A DNA stretch of 64,000 nt, taken from the NCBI GenBank assembly GCA_964420395.1, contig CAYQTJ010000004.1, positions 2,506-66,505 of the forward strand, given 5' to 3'. Position numbers and translations under genes: made by a program. The stretch comes from an uncultured Fibrobacteraceae bacterium. GTDB lineage: Bacteria; Krumholzibacteriota; Krumholzibacteriia; LZORAL124-64-63. The notes under the pieces were generated by a model, which worked only from the letters and a program-made list of their open reading frames with translations, had not been told where the DNA came from and did no database searches. Of this stretch, positions 1 to 8,268 are shown piece after piece. Numbering within the stretch: the first letter of the stretch is position 1; each line of letters begins with the position of its first letter.

Positions 1-1
1 C

Positions 2-121
2 CGCAGCTGGGAATCGCTGTTCGCCGCCGGGATGATCGCGCTGCTGCTGCTGTTCCTGGGCGTCTGGCCGGGCGGCCTGCAGCGCCTGGCCGAGGCGACG
101 TTCCGGACGCTGGCCGGCTAG
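2..121 (+). CDS. 3' end of a gene truncated by the window edge (hydrophobic tail ...GMIALLLLFLGVWPGG...); product unknown
   Basis: Open frame entering from position 2, stop TAG at 119-121, G/C-rich third positions. Absent from the ORF track because it has no start in the window. Confidence 0.3.
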   Translation, partial: RSWESLFAAGMIALLLLFLGVWPGGLQRLAEATFRTLAG

Positions 122-147
122 GCGCGGCCCGACGGCCGCGGACGCGG

Positions 148-1317
148 TCAGCCGCGGAACGCCGGAATGCCGGTGATCTCCGCGCCGACGACCAGCGTGT
201 GGATCTCGTGGGTCCCTTCGTACGTCTTCACGGACTCGAGATTCGTGAGGTGGCGGCCGACGGGATACTCGTCGGTGATGCCGGCAGCGCCGAGGATCTC
301 CCGCGCGGAACGGGCGCAGTCGAGCGCCATCGCCACGTTGTTGCGCTTGGCGAGGGAGACCAGCGGCACCGGATTGACCCCGCGGTCCTTGAGCCGCCCG
401 AGCTGGTGCGCCAGCCCCTGCGCCTTGGTGATCTCCGTCAGCATGTCGACCAGGCGCGCCTGCACCAGCTGGAAGGAGGCCACGGGGCGATCGAACTGGC
501 GCCGCTCGAGGGCGTAGGCGAGCGCCGTGTGGTAGCAGTCGGCCGCCGCGCCGACGGCGCCCCAGGCGATGCCGTAGCGCGCCTCGTTGAGGCAGGCCAG
601 GGGCGCCCTGAGGCCGCGCGCGCCCGGGAGGCGGGCGCTGTCGGGCAGCCGCACGGCGTCCAGCGACAATTCTCCCGTGTCGCTCGCCCGCAGGCTGTAC
701 TTGCCGCGGATCGTCTGCGCGGCGAAGCCGGGCGCGTCCCGCTCGACGAGGAAGCCGAGCACGCCATCGGGCCCGCGCGCCCAGACCAGGGCCACGTCGG
801 CGAGGGTGGCGTTGGTGATCCACACCTTGGCTCCGTGGAGGACCCAGCCGTCGCCGTCGCGGACCGCGGTCGTTTCCATCCCCCCCGGATCGCTGCCGTG
901 GCCGGCCTCGGTCAGGCCGAAGCAGCCGAGCAGGCGGCCGGCCGCCAGCTCGGGCAGCCACTTCCGCTGCTGCGCCTCGCTGCCGTAGACGCTGATCGGC
1001 CACATGACGAGACTGCCCTGGACGGAGGCGAAGCTGCGCAGGCCGCTGTCACCCCGTTCGAGCTCCTGGCAGATCATTCCGTACAGGGTCGAGGAGAGGC
1101 CGGCGCAGCCGGGACCCCGCACGCTCGGGCCGAGCAGCCCCAGTTCGCCCAACTCGCGCCCCAGTTCGACGGGAAAGGTGCCGGCGGCGTGGTGTTCGCG
1201 CACCACCGGCAGGAAGCGCCGCTCGACCCAGCCGCGGACGGTGTCGCGCACCGAGCGCTCCTCGTCGCCGAGTTGGGCCTCGAAGCCGTAGAAATCGACG
1301 CCGCGATAGGCCTGCAT
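148..1317 (-). CDS. gcdH: Acyl-CoA dehydrogenase, glutaryl-CoA dehydrogenase-like
   Basis: ORF 148..1392 has full-length ACAD similarity (…CFGLTEAGHGSDPGGMET…, C-terminal …TYEGTHEIHTLVVGAEITGIPAFRG, typical of GCDH). Start moved to ATG 1317 (MQAYRG), which is preceded by GGAGGCAGC. Confidence 0.8.
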   Translation of the reverse strand: MQAYRGVDFYGFEAQLGDEERSVRDTVRGWVERRFLPVVREHHAAGTFPVELGRELGELGLLGPSVRGPGCAGLSSTLYGMICQELERGDSGLRSFASVQGSLVMWPISVYGSEAQQRKWLPELAAGRLLGCFGLTEAGHGSDPGGMETTAVRDGDGWVLHGAKVWITNATLADVALVWARGPDGVLGFLVERDAPGFAAQTIRGKYSLRASDTGELSLDAVRLPDSARLPGARGLRAPLACLNEARYGIAWGAVGAAADCYHTALAYALERRQFDRPVASFQLVQARLVDMLTEITKAQGLAHQLGRLKDRGVNPVPLVSLAKRNNVAMALDCARSAREILGAAGITDEYPVGRHLTNLESVKTYEGTHEIHTLVVGAEITGIPAFRG

Positions 1318-1426
1318 GCTGCCTCCGATCCCGCGAGGACGGCCGGTCCGGACGCGGTCCGCGGCCGGCACCGCTGCGCGGCGCATTCCCAATCTGCCGC
1401 AAGCCGCGCTTGACCGCCAGCCGCAT

Positions 1427-1438
1427 TTGATCGATCAA
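1427..1438. promoter_or_regulatory. Perfect 12-bp AT-rich palindrome TTGATCGATCAA in the divergent gcdH / sulfatase-fold intergenic region (candidate operator)
   Basis: Read directly from the sequence. It lies just downstream of a TTGACC -35-like hexamer at 1410-1415. Confidence 0.35.
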
Positions 1439-1491
1439 TACGGCGCGCCGTCGCCGCCCGCGGGGGGAGTCGCGGCGCGGGGGAGGGCGCG

Positions 1492-3468
1492 TTGCGCGGC
1501 TGGTTGCGAAGCGGGGCGGCGGCGCTGCTGGCCGCGTGGGCGGTCGGCGCGGCGCTCGGGGGGCTGGAGGCGGTCCTGCAGTGGTTGCGCTTCGGCCCGC
1601 CGGCGGATCTGCCGCAGCAGGGATTCTGGCGCGCCTGCCTGCCGTCCGCGGTCGTCTGCGGCGCCGCCGCGGCCGCGGCCGCGCTCTTCGTCTTCCCGGC
1701 CGCCGGGCTGGTGTTGCGGCTGCGGCGGGCGCGCCGGCCGCGTCGCGGGGCCTTCGCCGCGGCGGTCGCCGGGGCGGCGTCCTCCCTGCTGGTCGTCTGG
1801 TCCGCCTACCTGCTGCGGGAGCACCTCGTGCCGGCCTGGTGGAGCGCGCACGGCGGCGTGGCCGGCAAGGGGGCGCTCGGCCTGCTCTGGCTCGGCGCCG
1901 CCGGCCTCGGCTGCGTCGCGCTGCGACCGGTGGCCGACCGCCTGGCCCGGCGCTCCGCCTGGCTGCTGCTCGGGCCGCTGGCGGCGATCGCCGCCGGTGC
2001 GCTCGCCTGGCCGCACTGGCGCGCCGACGAGCCGCGCCGTCGCACCGCGGGGCTGGAGCGGCGGGTCGCGGCGCCGGCGGGGGCGCCGAACGTCGTCCTG
2101 CTCACCATCGACGCCTGGCGGCGCGATCACCTGTCCTGCCTGGATCCGGCGTCGCCGCCCACGCCGCACCTCGACCGGCTGGCGGGGGAGGGGGCGCTGT
2201 TCGCGAACGCCTGGACGCCGAGTCCCTGGACGCTGCCGGCGGCCGGCGCCCTGCTGACCGGCTGGCCCCCGGCCGCGCTCGGCGTGCGCCAGTACCGGCC
2301 GCTGCCTGCCGGGGTCGGCACGCTGGCCGCGACGGCGTGGAGCGGCGGCTGGGAGACGGCGGCCTTCGTCACCAATCCGTACCTTTCGCGCTGGTACGGC
2401 TGCGACCGCGGCTTCGCCACCTTCGCGCACTCCCTCGTTCTGGAGCCGCTCGAGCCGGCGGCGCGTTGCGTGCTGGTGCGGGAGCTGTCCCGCTACGCCG
2501 ATCTCCATTTCGAGGCTTCGGAGGCGGGGGTCGTGATGCCGCAGGCGCTGCGCTGGCTGCGCCGCCACGGCGGCGAGCGCCCGTTCTTCCTCTGGATCCA
2601 CCTGCTCGACCCGCACCTGCCGTACAGCTGGCGCGAGCTGCCGGACGACCGGCCGGGGGCGGCCGGGGAAGGCCGCGGCGTCGCGCCGCTGGCCGCGGAC
2701 GTGCCGGATACCGGCCATTTCCGCGGGCGCCGCTTCATGGCGCTGCGCGAGGTGCGCTCGGGGGCCTGGGTGCCGGACGCGGCGGCGCGCCGCGCGATCG
2801 CCGCGCTCTACGGGCGGGAGGTGCAGTACGCCGACGCCTGGGCGGGCCGGCTGTTCGCGCAGTTGCGGGAGTCGGCGCTGCTGGACCGCACGCTGATCGT
2901 CGTCACGGCCGATCACGGCGAGGAGCTGTTCGATCACGGCGGAATCGACCACGGCCACAGCCTGTTGCCGGAGGTGACGGGGGTGCCGTTGATCGTCCGC
3001 TTCCCCGACGGCGCGGGGGCGGGGAGCGTGAGCCGCGAGCCGGTCTCGCTGCTCGACGTGGTTCCCACCATCGCGGCGGCGCTCCGCTGGCCGCGGCCGG
3101 CGGGGACCGTGGGCCGGAACCTGGCCCCGGCGCCTGCCGACCCGTCCGCGGAGGCGTCGCGGGGCGGGCCGCTGGTCCTGGAGAACCTGCTCTACGGTCC
3201 GCAGCAGGTGGGCTGGCTGCAGTGGCCATGGCTGGGTGTGGCGCCGGACTCGGGCGGTCGCGAAAGCTGGTACGACCTCGCGGCTTCGCCCCGGGCGGTC
3301 GTCGCCGCGCCGGCGCCGGCGGAGGCGGACTCGATCGTGGCGAGAGGGGCGCGGCTGCGCGCCGTCTGGCGACAGGCCGGCGACCTGCTGCGCGACGGAG
3401 CCGGCGGCCCTGCGGCCGGCGGGGTGCCGGAGGACCTGCGCCGCCAGTTGCGCAGCCTCGGCTACTGA
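1492..3468 (+). CDS. Membrane-anchored alkaline-phosphatase-superfamily (sulfatase-fold) enzyme, probably with a Thr nucleophile (LtaS/EptA-like rather than a true sulfatase)
   Basis: About 5 N-terminal hydrophobic helices, then PNVVLLTIDAWRRDH…TPHLDRLAGEGALF…TADHGEELFDHGGIDHGHSL. The position of the sulfatase C/S-x-P-x-R motif reads W-T-L-P-A-A-G-A-L-L-T-G. TTG start. Confidence 0.7.
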   Translation: MRGWLRSGAAALLAAWAVGAALGGLEAVLQWLRFGPPADLPQQGFWRACLPSAVVCGAAAAAAALFVFPAAGLVLRLRRARRPRRGAFAAAVAGAASSLLVVWSAYLLREHLVPAWWSAHGGVAGKGALGLLWLGAAGLGCVALRPVADRLARRSAWLLLGPLAAIAAGALAWPHWRADEPRRRTAGLERRVAAPAGAPNVVLLTIDAWRRDHLSCLDPASPPTPHLDRLAGEGALFANAWTPSPWTLPAAGALLTGWPPAALGVRQYRPLPAGVGTLAATAWSGGWETAAFVTNPYLSRWYGCDRGFATFAHSLVLEPLEPAARCVLVRELSRYADLHFEASEAGVVMPQALRWLRRHGGERPFFLWIHLLDPHLPYSWRELPDDRPGAAGEGRGVAPLAADVPDTGHFRGRRFMALREVRSGAWVPDAAARRAIAALYGREVQYADAWAGRLFAQLRESALLDRTLIVVTADHGEELFDHGGIDHGHSLLPEVTGVPLIVRFPDGAGAGSVSREPVSLLDVVPTIAAALRWPRPAGTVGRNLAPAPADPSAEASRGGPLVLENLLYGPQQVGWLQWPWLGVAPDSGGRESWYDLAASPRAVVAAPAPAEADSIVARGARLRAVWRQAGDLLRDGAGGPAAGGVPEDLRRQLRSLGY

Positions 3469-3497
3469 AGCCCGGGGCGGCCCCGCCGCGCCGGGCT
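3469..3497. terminator. GC-rich hairpin between convergent genes (bidirectional terminator-like)
   Basis: AGCCCGG…CCGGGCT outer stem with an inner GGCGG/CCGCC stem, located between the stop at 3468 and the stop of the NifU-like gene. Confidence 0.35.
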
Positions 3498-3714
3498 ACA
3501 GCGCCTCGACCGACCTGACCTCGGGGATCTCGCTGCGCAGCCGGGCCTCGATCCCCTGCTTGAGCGTCATGAGCGACATGGGGCAACTGCCGCAGGCGCC
3601 GGTGAGCCTCAGCGTCACCACGCCGGCGTTGAAGTCGATGTATTCGAGGTCTCCGCCATCGGCCTGCAGGGCGGGCCTGATCCGCTCGAGGGCGGCCTTG
3701 ATCTTCTCTTCCAT
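3496..3714 (-). CDS. NifU-like (Nfu C-terminal domain) Fe-S cluster scaffold/carrier protein
   Basis: 72 aa with GGDLEYIDF…LRLTGACGSCPMSLMTLK, the CxxC Nfu signature. Confidence 0.85.
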   Translation of the reverse strand: MEEKIKAALERIRPALQADGGDLEYIDFNAGVVTLRLTGACGSCPMSLMTLKQGIEARLRSEIPEVRSVEAL

Positions 3715-3810
3715 GGCGCTTTGTCATCCTTTCTCAGGGTGGCGTGCGGCAAAGGTCGCCCACAAGCTACCGCGCGCCGCGGCGCTGTCAAGCGGGCGCG
3801 CAGCGCGCGG

Positions 3811-3839
3811 TTGCCGTGACGCGGCGGCCGCCCTATGAT
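3811..3839 (+). promoter_or_regulatory. sigma70-like promoter (TTGCCG-17 nt-TATGAT) upstream of the inositol monophosphatase gene
   Basis: Hexamers and 17-nt spacer read directly; 41 nt upstream of ATG 3881. Confidence 0.45.
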
Positions 3840-3880
3840 CGGCCGGCGGCGGCGGAACGGGCACGCGGTACGGGAGGGAC

Positions 3881-4705
3881 ATGGACGACCGGACCGGGTC
3901 GGAGCTGGCGCGGCTGCGCGCGATGGTGCTGCCGGCGGGGGAGCGGCTGCTGGCCGAGCAGGGCCGGCGACGCGAGATCGCCTGGAAGTCGCAGACGGAA
4001 CTGGTGACGGATCTCGACCGCCTGCTCGAGCGGGACCTCGTCGCCGCCCTGGCCGCGGCGCATCCCGACGACGGGGTGGTGGCCGAGGAGGGGGGGGCGC
4101 GCGCCGACGGTTCCGGCCGCGTCTGGTACCTCGATCCGATCGACGGTACGACGAACTACGTCCACGACTATCCGATGTACTGCGTCTCGCTGGCCTGCGC
4201 CGACGCGGAGGGGCCGCTGCTGGCCGCGGTCTACGCCCCCTACCTGGACGAGCTGTACCTGGCCGCCCGGGGCGCCGGCGCGTGGCTCGAACAGCCACGG
4301 GCCGGTGGCCGGCGTGCGCTGGCGCCGCGCGAGCCGGTGCCGATGCGCCGCGCCCTGCTCGCCACCGGCTTCCCCTACGTGCGCGACCGGCTCGTGGCGC
4401 GCAATGCCGCCAGCCTGCAGCGCTTCCTCATGATGGGGTGCGCCGACGTGCGGCGCGGCGGCAGCGCGGCGCTCGACCTGTGCCACGTGGGGGCCGGCAA
4501 GCTGGACGGCTACTGGGAACTGAGCCTGCGGGTCTGGGACGCCGCCGCCGGCACGCTGGTGGCGCGCGAAGCCGGCGCGCTGGTGACCGACTTCGCGGGG
4601 CGCGGCGGGTTGCTGAGCGGGAGCACGGTGCTGGCCGCCGCGCCGCAGCTGCACGGCGTGATGCTGGAGGCGCTGCGGGAGGGGGAGGATGGAAGCGGCG
4701 GCTGA
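3881..4705 (+). CDS. suhB: Inositol monophosphatase family protein
   Basis: Motifs …VVAEEGG…, WYLDPIDGTTNYVH, and a WDAAAG-type C-terminal motif. Confidence 0.85.
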   Translation: MDDRTGSELARLRAMVLPAGERLLAEQGRRREIAWKSQTELVTDLDRLLERDLVAALAAAHPDDGVVAEEGGARADGSGRVWYLDPIDGTTNYVHDYPMYCVSLACADAEGPLLAAVYAPYLDELYLAARGAGAWLEQPRAGGRRALAPREPVPMRRALLATGFPYVRDRLVARNAASLQRFLMMGCADVRRGGSAALDLCHVGAGKLDGYWELSLRVWDAAAGTLVAREAGALVTDFAGRGGLLSGSTVLAAAPQLHGVMLEALREGEDGSGG

Positions 4706-5024
4706 GGCGCTCTGGGTGCTGGTCACCACCTTCCCGCGGCGCGACCTCGCCCTGGCGGCGGGCCGGCGCCTCGTGGCGGAGGAGCTGGCCGCCTGCGCCC
4801 AGGTGGGGGGGGATCTCGTGTCGTTCTACCGCTGGCGCGGCGAGGTGCGGGAGGAGGCCGAGGTGGCCATGACGCTCAAGGTCCGCGCGTCGCGCTACGC
4901 CGCCTGCGCGGCCCGGCTGCGCGAGTTGCACCCCTACGAGGTGCCGCAGATCGCCGGCTGGCCGCTCGCGCGCGTGGACCCCGACTACGCGCGGTGGGCC
5001 CGGGGCGGGGAGGAGCCGGCGTGA
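4689..5024 (+). CDS. cutA: Divalent-cation tolerance protein CutA
   Basis: …VLVTTFP…ACAQV…SFYRWRGEV…E…LKV…HPYEVPQI… is a CutA1 pattern. GGGAGG lies 6 nt upstream of the ATG. Confidence 0.8.
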   Translation: MEAAAEALWVLVTTFPRRDLALAAGRRLVAEELAACAQVGGDLVSFYRWRGEVREEAEVAMTLKVRASRYAACAARLRELHPYEVPQIAGWPLARVDPDYARWARGGEEPA

Positions 5025-5848
5025 TCCGCGCGCTGACGCTGACGACCGATTTCGGCCTCGCCGATCCGTACGTCGCGGAGTTGAAGGCGGCGCTGCTCGC
5101 GGAGTGGCGCCGCTTCCCCGACCCGTTTCCGCTCCCGCTCCTGGTCGACATCTCGCACGCCCTCGCGCCGGGCGACGTGCCGGCGGCCGCCTGGCTGCTG
5201 GGGCGGGTCGCACCGGCGTTCCCCCCGGGAACGGTGCACCTGGCGATCGTCGACCCGGGGGTCGGCACGGATCGGCCCGCGGTGGCGGTCGCCGCCGGCG
5301 GCCAGTTCTTCGTCGGTCCGGGCAACGGGCTGTTCGGCTTCCTCGCGCGGGGCGGGCCGGTGGCGGTGGTCCGGCTCGACAACCCGCTCTACCGGCGCGG
5401 CGGCGCGGGGGGTCCGGCGCCCACGTTCGCGGGGCGCGATCTGTTCGCCCCGGCAGCTGCCCACCTGGCGATGGGGGTGCCGCTGCATCAACTCGGGTCG
5501 CCGGCCGGTGAAGACGCCCTCGGCGCGCCGGCCGTCCGGATCGACGCGCCGGACGGAGCGGCGGGGCCGGAGCTCGGGCGGATCGTCTGGATCGACCGCT
5601 TCGGCAATGCGATCACGGACATCGCGCGGGACGGTCCCCACGGCGCGCGGCTGGGCGGAGGGAGCGCCGTGGCCGTCGGCGCGACCGCGGTCGCCGGACC
5701 GGTCCTCACCTTCGCGTTCGGCCCCGCGCAGCGGCCCTTCTGGTACTGGGGCAGCGGCGGCACGCTCGAGCTCGCCCTGCGCGACGGGGACGCGGCGGCC
5801 CGGCACGGCTGGCAGGTCGGCATGGCGGTGCGGCTCGCCGCGCCGTAG
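5021..5848 (+). CDS. SAM hydrolase / SAM-dependent halogenase family protein (DUF62)
   Basis: VIRALTLTTDFGLADPYVAELKA…IVDPGVGT…FVGPGNG…DRFGN. Start set to GTG 5021, which overlaps the cutA stop (GTGA). Confidence 0.75.
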   Translation: MIRALTLTTDFGLADPYVAELKAALLAEWRRFPDPFPLPLLVDISHALAPGDVPAAAWLLGRVAPAFPPGTVHLAIVDPGVGTDRPAVAVAAGGQFFVGPGNGLFGFLARGGPVAVVRLDNPLYRRGGAGGPAPTFAGRDLFAPAAAHLAMGVPLHQLGSPAGEDALGAPAVRIDAPDGAAGPELGRIVWIDRFGNAITDIARDGPHGARLGGGSAVAVGATAVAGPVLTFAFGPAQRPFWYWGSGGTLELALRDGDAAARHGWQVGMAVRLAAP

Positions 5849-5887
5849 CTTCATTCGGTTCGGACCGCTCCGGGCAGGGAGGTACGC

Positions 5888-6673
5888 ATGACTGGTGATC
5901 GTCGTCCGGCGGCGCGGCGCCTGGCCCCCTGGCTGGGGTTCTGCCTGCCGGTCGCCTGCGCGCTGCTGCTCGGTTCGTGCAGCAGCCAGCGCATCGGGCT
6001 GCCCTATCCCGACGAGCAGGCGGGGATGGCCTTCGCCGACTCCCTGCCGCCGCCGCGCGTGTTCCTCGGCGCCATCGAGGACCGGCGTCCCCCGGAGCAG
6101 CACGAGGGACGAGGCGGGTTCTTCGGCATCACCTACCCGGCCGACGACACCTGGCAGCGCCCGGTCGACCAGCTGTACCGCGCCGCGCTGGCGCAGGACC
6201 TGACCCAGACCCGCATCGTGGAGCTGACCCCGCTCCCGCGGCAGGCCGCCTTCACGCTGGAGGCCGAGGTCTTCTCGCTCGCCTGCCGCCTGAAGCGCAC
6301 GCCGGGGGCCTACCTGCTCCCGATGAGCGCCGGGATGCTCGGCGGCATGGTCTTCGGCGAGACGGCGTCGGACCGCGTCCGCACCGGGATCGTGGCGGGC
6401 ATCGCGCTGATGATCGCCGCGCCGATGCCGACCGCGCATCGGGCCGAGTGCGAGGTGCGCCTGACGCTGCGCGACGCGGCGGGGGAAGTGGTCTGGCAGC
6501 AGACCTGCCTGGGCGAGGTCGACGGCCACATCTACGTGCCGGCGACCTCCCGCGAGGACAAGAAGCAGGCCGAGAAGACCCTGCCCCGGGCGGTCAAGCG
6601 GTGCAACGCCTGCCTGCTGGGGCAGTTGCGGCAGTTCCTGGCCGGCGCGCAGGCGGCCCCGGCCGGCGGCTGA
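5888..6673 (+). CDS. Hypothetical lipoprotein
   Basis: Signal peptide with lipobox …ACALLLGS-C-SSQ. No family recognised. Confidence 0.55.
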   Translation: MTGDRRPAARRLAPWLGFCLPVACALLLGSCSSQRIGLPYPDEQAGMAFADSLPPPRVFLGAIEDRRPPEQHEGRGGFFGITYPADDTWQRPVDQLYRAALAQDLTQTRIVELTPLPRQAAFTLEAEVFSLACRLKRTPGAYLLPMSAGMLGGMVFGETASDRVRTGIVAGIALMIAAPMPTAHRAECEVRLTLRDAAGEVVWQQTCLGEVDGHIYVPATSREDKKQAEKTLPRAVKRCNACLLGQLRQFLAGAQAAPAGG

Positions 6674-6688
6674 GCCGGCCCGCCCGGA

Positions 6689-8041
6689 TCAGAGCAGGCG
6701 GGCCGCGAGGCTCGCGAGTTCGCTGCGCTCGCTCTTGGCGAGCGTGATGTGGCCGTAGATCGCCTCCTGCTTGAACCGCTCCACGACGTAGGTGAGTCCG
6801 TTGCTCGACGCGTCGAGGTAGGGATTGTCGATCTGATAGGCGTCGCCGGCGAGGATGACCTTGGAGCCGGTGCCGGCCCGGCTGACGACGGTCTTCACCT
6901 CGTGCGGCGTGAGGTTCTGGGCCTCGTCGATGATGATGAACAGCTTGGGCAGGCTCCGCCCGCGGATGTAGGTGACCGCCTCGACCTCGATCAGTCCCGC
7001 ATCGAACAGGTACTGCACCTTGCCGGCCGATTTCTCCATCTCCGGATCGACCAGGAACTGCAGGTTGTCGTAGATCGGCTCCATCCAGCTCTCGAGCTTC
7101 TCGTCCTTGGAGCCGGGCAGGTAGCCGATGTCGCGGCCGAGCGGCATGATCGGGCGCGACACCATGATCTTGCGATAGCTCTTCTCCTCGGCCACCTGGT
7201 GCAGGCCGACGGCGAGGGCGAGCAGGGTCTTGCCGGTGCCGGCCTGGCCGAGCATGGTCACGAGCTGGATGTCGGGGCGCATCAGCAGTTCGAGGGCGAA
7301 GCGCTGCTGCAGGTTCAGCGGCTGCAGGCCCCAGGGGCGCGCCGCCTCGTGCTTCAGCGGCTCGACCCGCGCCGTGTCCCGGCGATAGATCCCCAGGGCG
7401 GTGTGCTTGGCGTTGCCGGCGGCGCGCAGCAGCACTCCCTCGTTGGGCAGCAGCGGCTCGGCCGGGGCGCACGGCTCGCCGCGGTAGAAGGCGTCGACGG
7501 CGGCGTCGGGCACCTCCAGCTCGCGCCAGCCGGTGTAGAGCTCGTCGAAGTTGACCGTGCTGCGCTGCAGGTCCTCGGCGACGAGGCCGAGGGCATCGCC
7601 CTTGACGCGGGCGTTGATGTCCTTGGTGACGAAGACCACGTCGGCGCCGTGGGCTTTCAGCCAGAGGCCGGCGGCCAGGATCCGGTTGTCGGGGATGCTG
7701 CCGTCGAGGCCGCGCGGCAACTGGTCGACGTAGGTGTCGACCAGCACGAAGAGGCGCCCGCCGTGGGGCAGCGGCACCCCTTCGCGCAGGTTGCCGGCCG
7801 CGCGCAGGGCGTCGATCTGCCGGATCACCCGCCGGGCGTTGCGGCCGCGCTCGTCGTTCTCGCGCTTGAACCGGTCCAGTTCCTCGAGCACGTCCACCGT
7901 CAGGATGATGTCGCGCCGCTCGAACGCCTCGAGGGCCGTGGCGTCGTGCAGCAGGACATTGGTGTCGAGCAGGTAGCAGCGCCCGCTCAGCTTGGCGAGG
8001 CTGGCGCCGTTGGCCCGGGTGACCGACGTCGAATCGGACAT
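6689..8041 (-). CDS. PhoH2-type protein (N-terminal PIN nuclease domain fused to a PhoH-like ATPase)
   Basis: CYLLDTNVLLHD (PIN) and …LGQAGTGKTLLALA… Walker A with the PhoH C-terminal region. Confidence 0.85.
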   Translation of the reverse strand: MSDSTSVTRANGASLAKLSGRCYLLDTNVLLHDATALEAFERRDIILTVDVLEELDRFKRENDERGRNARRVIRQIDALRAAGNLREGVPLPHGGRLFVLVDTYVDQLPRGLDGSIPDNRILAAGLWLKAHGADVVFVTKDINARVKGDALGLVAEDLQRSTVNFDELYTGWRELEVPDAAVDAFYRGEPCAPAEPLLPNEGVLLRAAGNAKHTALGIYRRDTARVEPLKHEAARPWGLQPLNLQQRFALELLMRPDIQLVTMLGQAGTGKTLLALAVGLHQVAEEKSYRKIMVSRPIMPLGRDIGYLPGSKDEKLESWMEPIYDNLQFLVDPEMEKSAGKVQYLFDAGLIEVEAVTYIRGRSLPKLFIIIDEAQNLTPHEVKTVVSRAGTGSKVILAGDAYQIDNPYLDASSNGLTYVVERFKQEAIYGHITLAKSERSELASLAARLL

Positions 8042-8268
8042 GGTCCCTCCATGGCAGAGAGCAGCGACCGGCGTGGCCGCGCCCGTTCCGTATCGGCCGA
8101 ACGGCGGGCGGATTGAGCCGTCCGGGGACCGCCAGCCCCCGAACGGGCTCAGGCGGTGGTGGCCGGGGCCGATTCTAGTAGATTGTGCCCCTTTGCGGGA
8201 CGAGAATCCGCGCGGGCGCCGGCCTGGCGGTCGCGCGGCGCGGGGGGACAGTCAGCCGAGGAGGGATC

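Noticed and set aside
1536-3518. Alternate + frames with very long ORFs (for example 1536..3518, 21078..23606, 43682..45361 N-terminal part, 37982..39430)
   Set aside because: They give Arg/Gly/Pro-rich translations. In several cases only the C-terminal part is real, beginning at a GTGA/ATGA-coupled internal start, which I annotated instead.
8042-8268. 227-nt glnA upstream region, checked for a glutamine riboswitch (glnA RNA), a sigma54 -24/-12 promoter and TnrA/GlnR-type palindromes
   Set aside because: It contains hairpins (CCGTTC…GAACGG, GAGCC…GGCTC) and a GATTCT-26 nt-AGAATC inverted repeat. I could not match any known consensus: TTGTGCCCCTTTGCG lacks the invariant GG of sigma54 promoters. 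Nothing was supportable.
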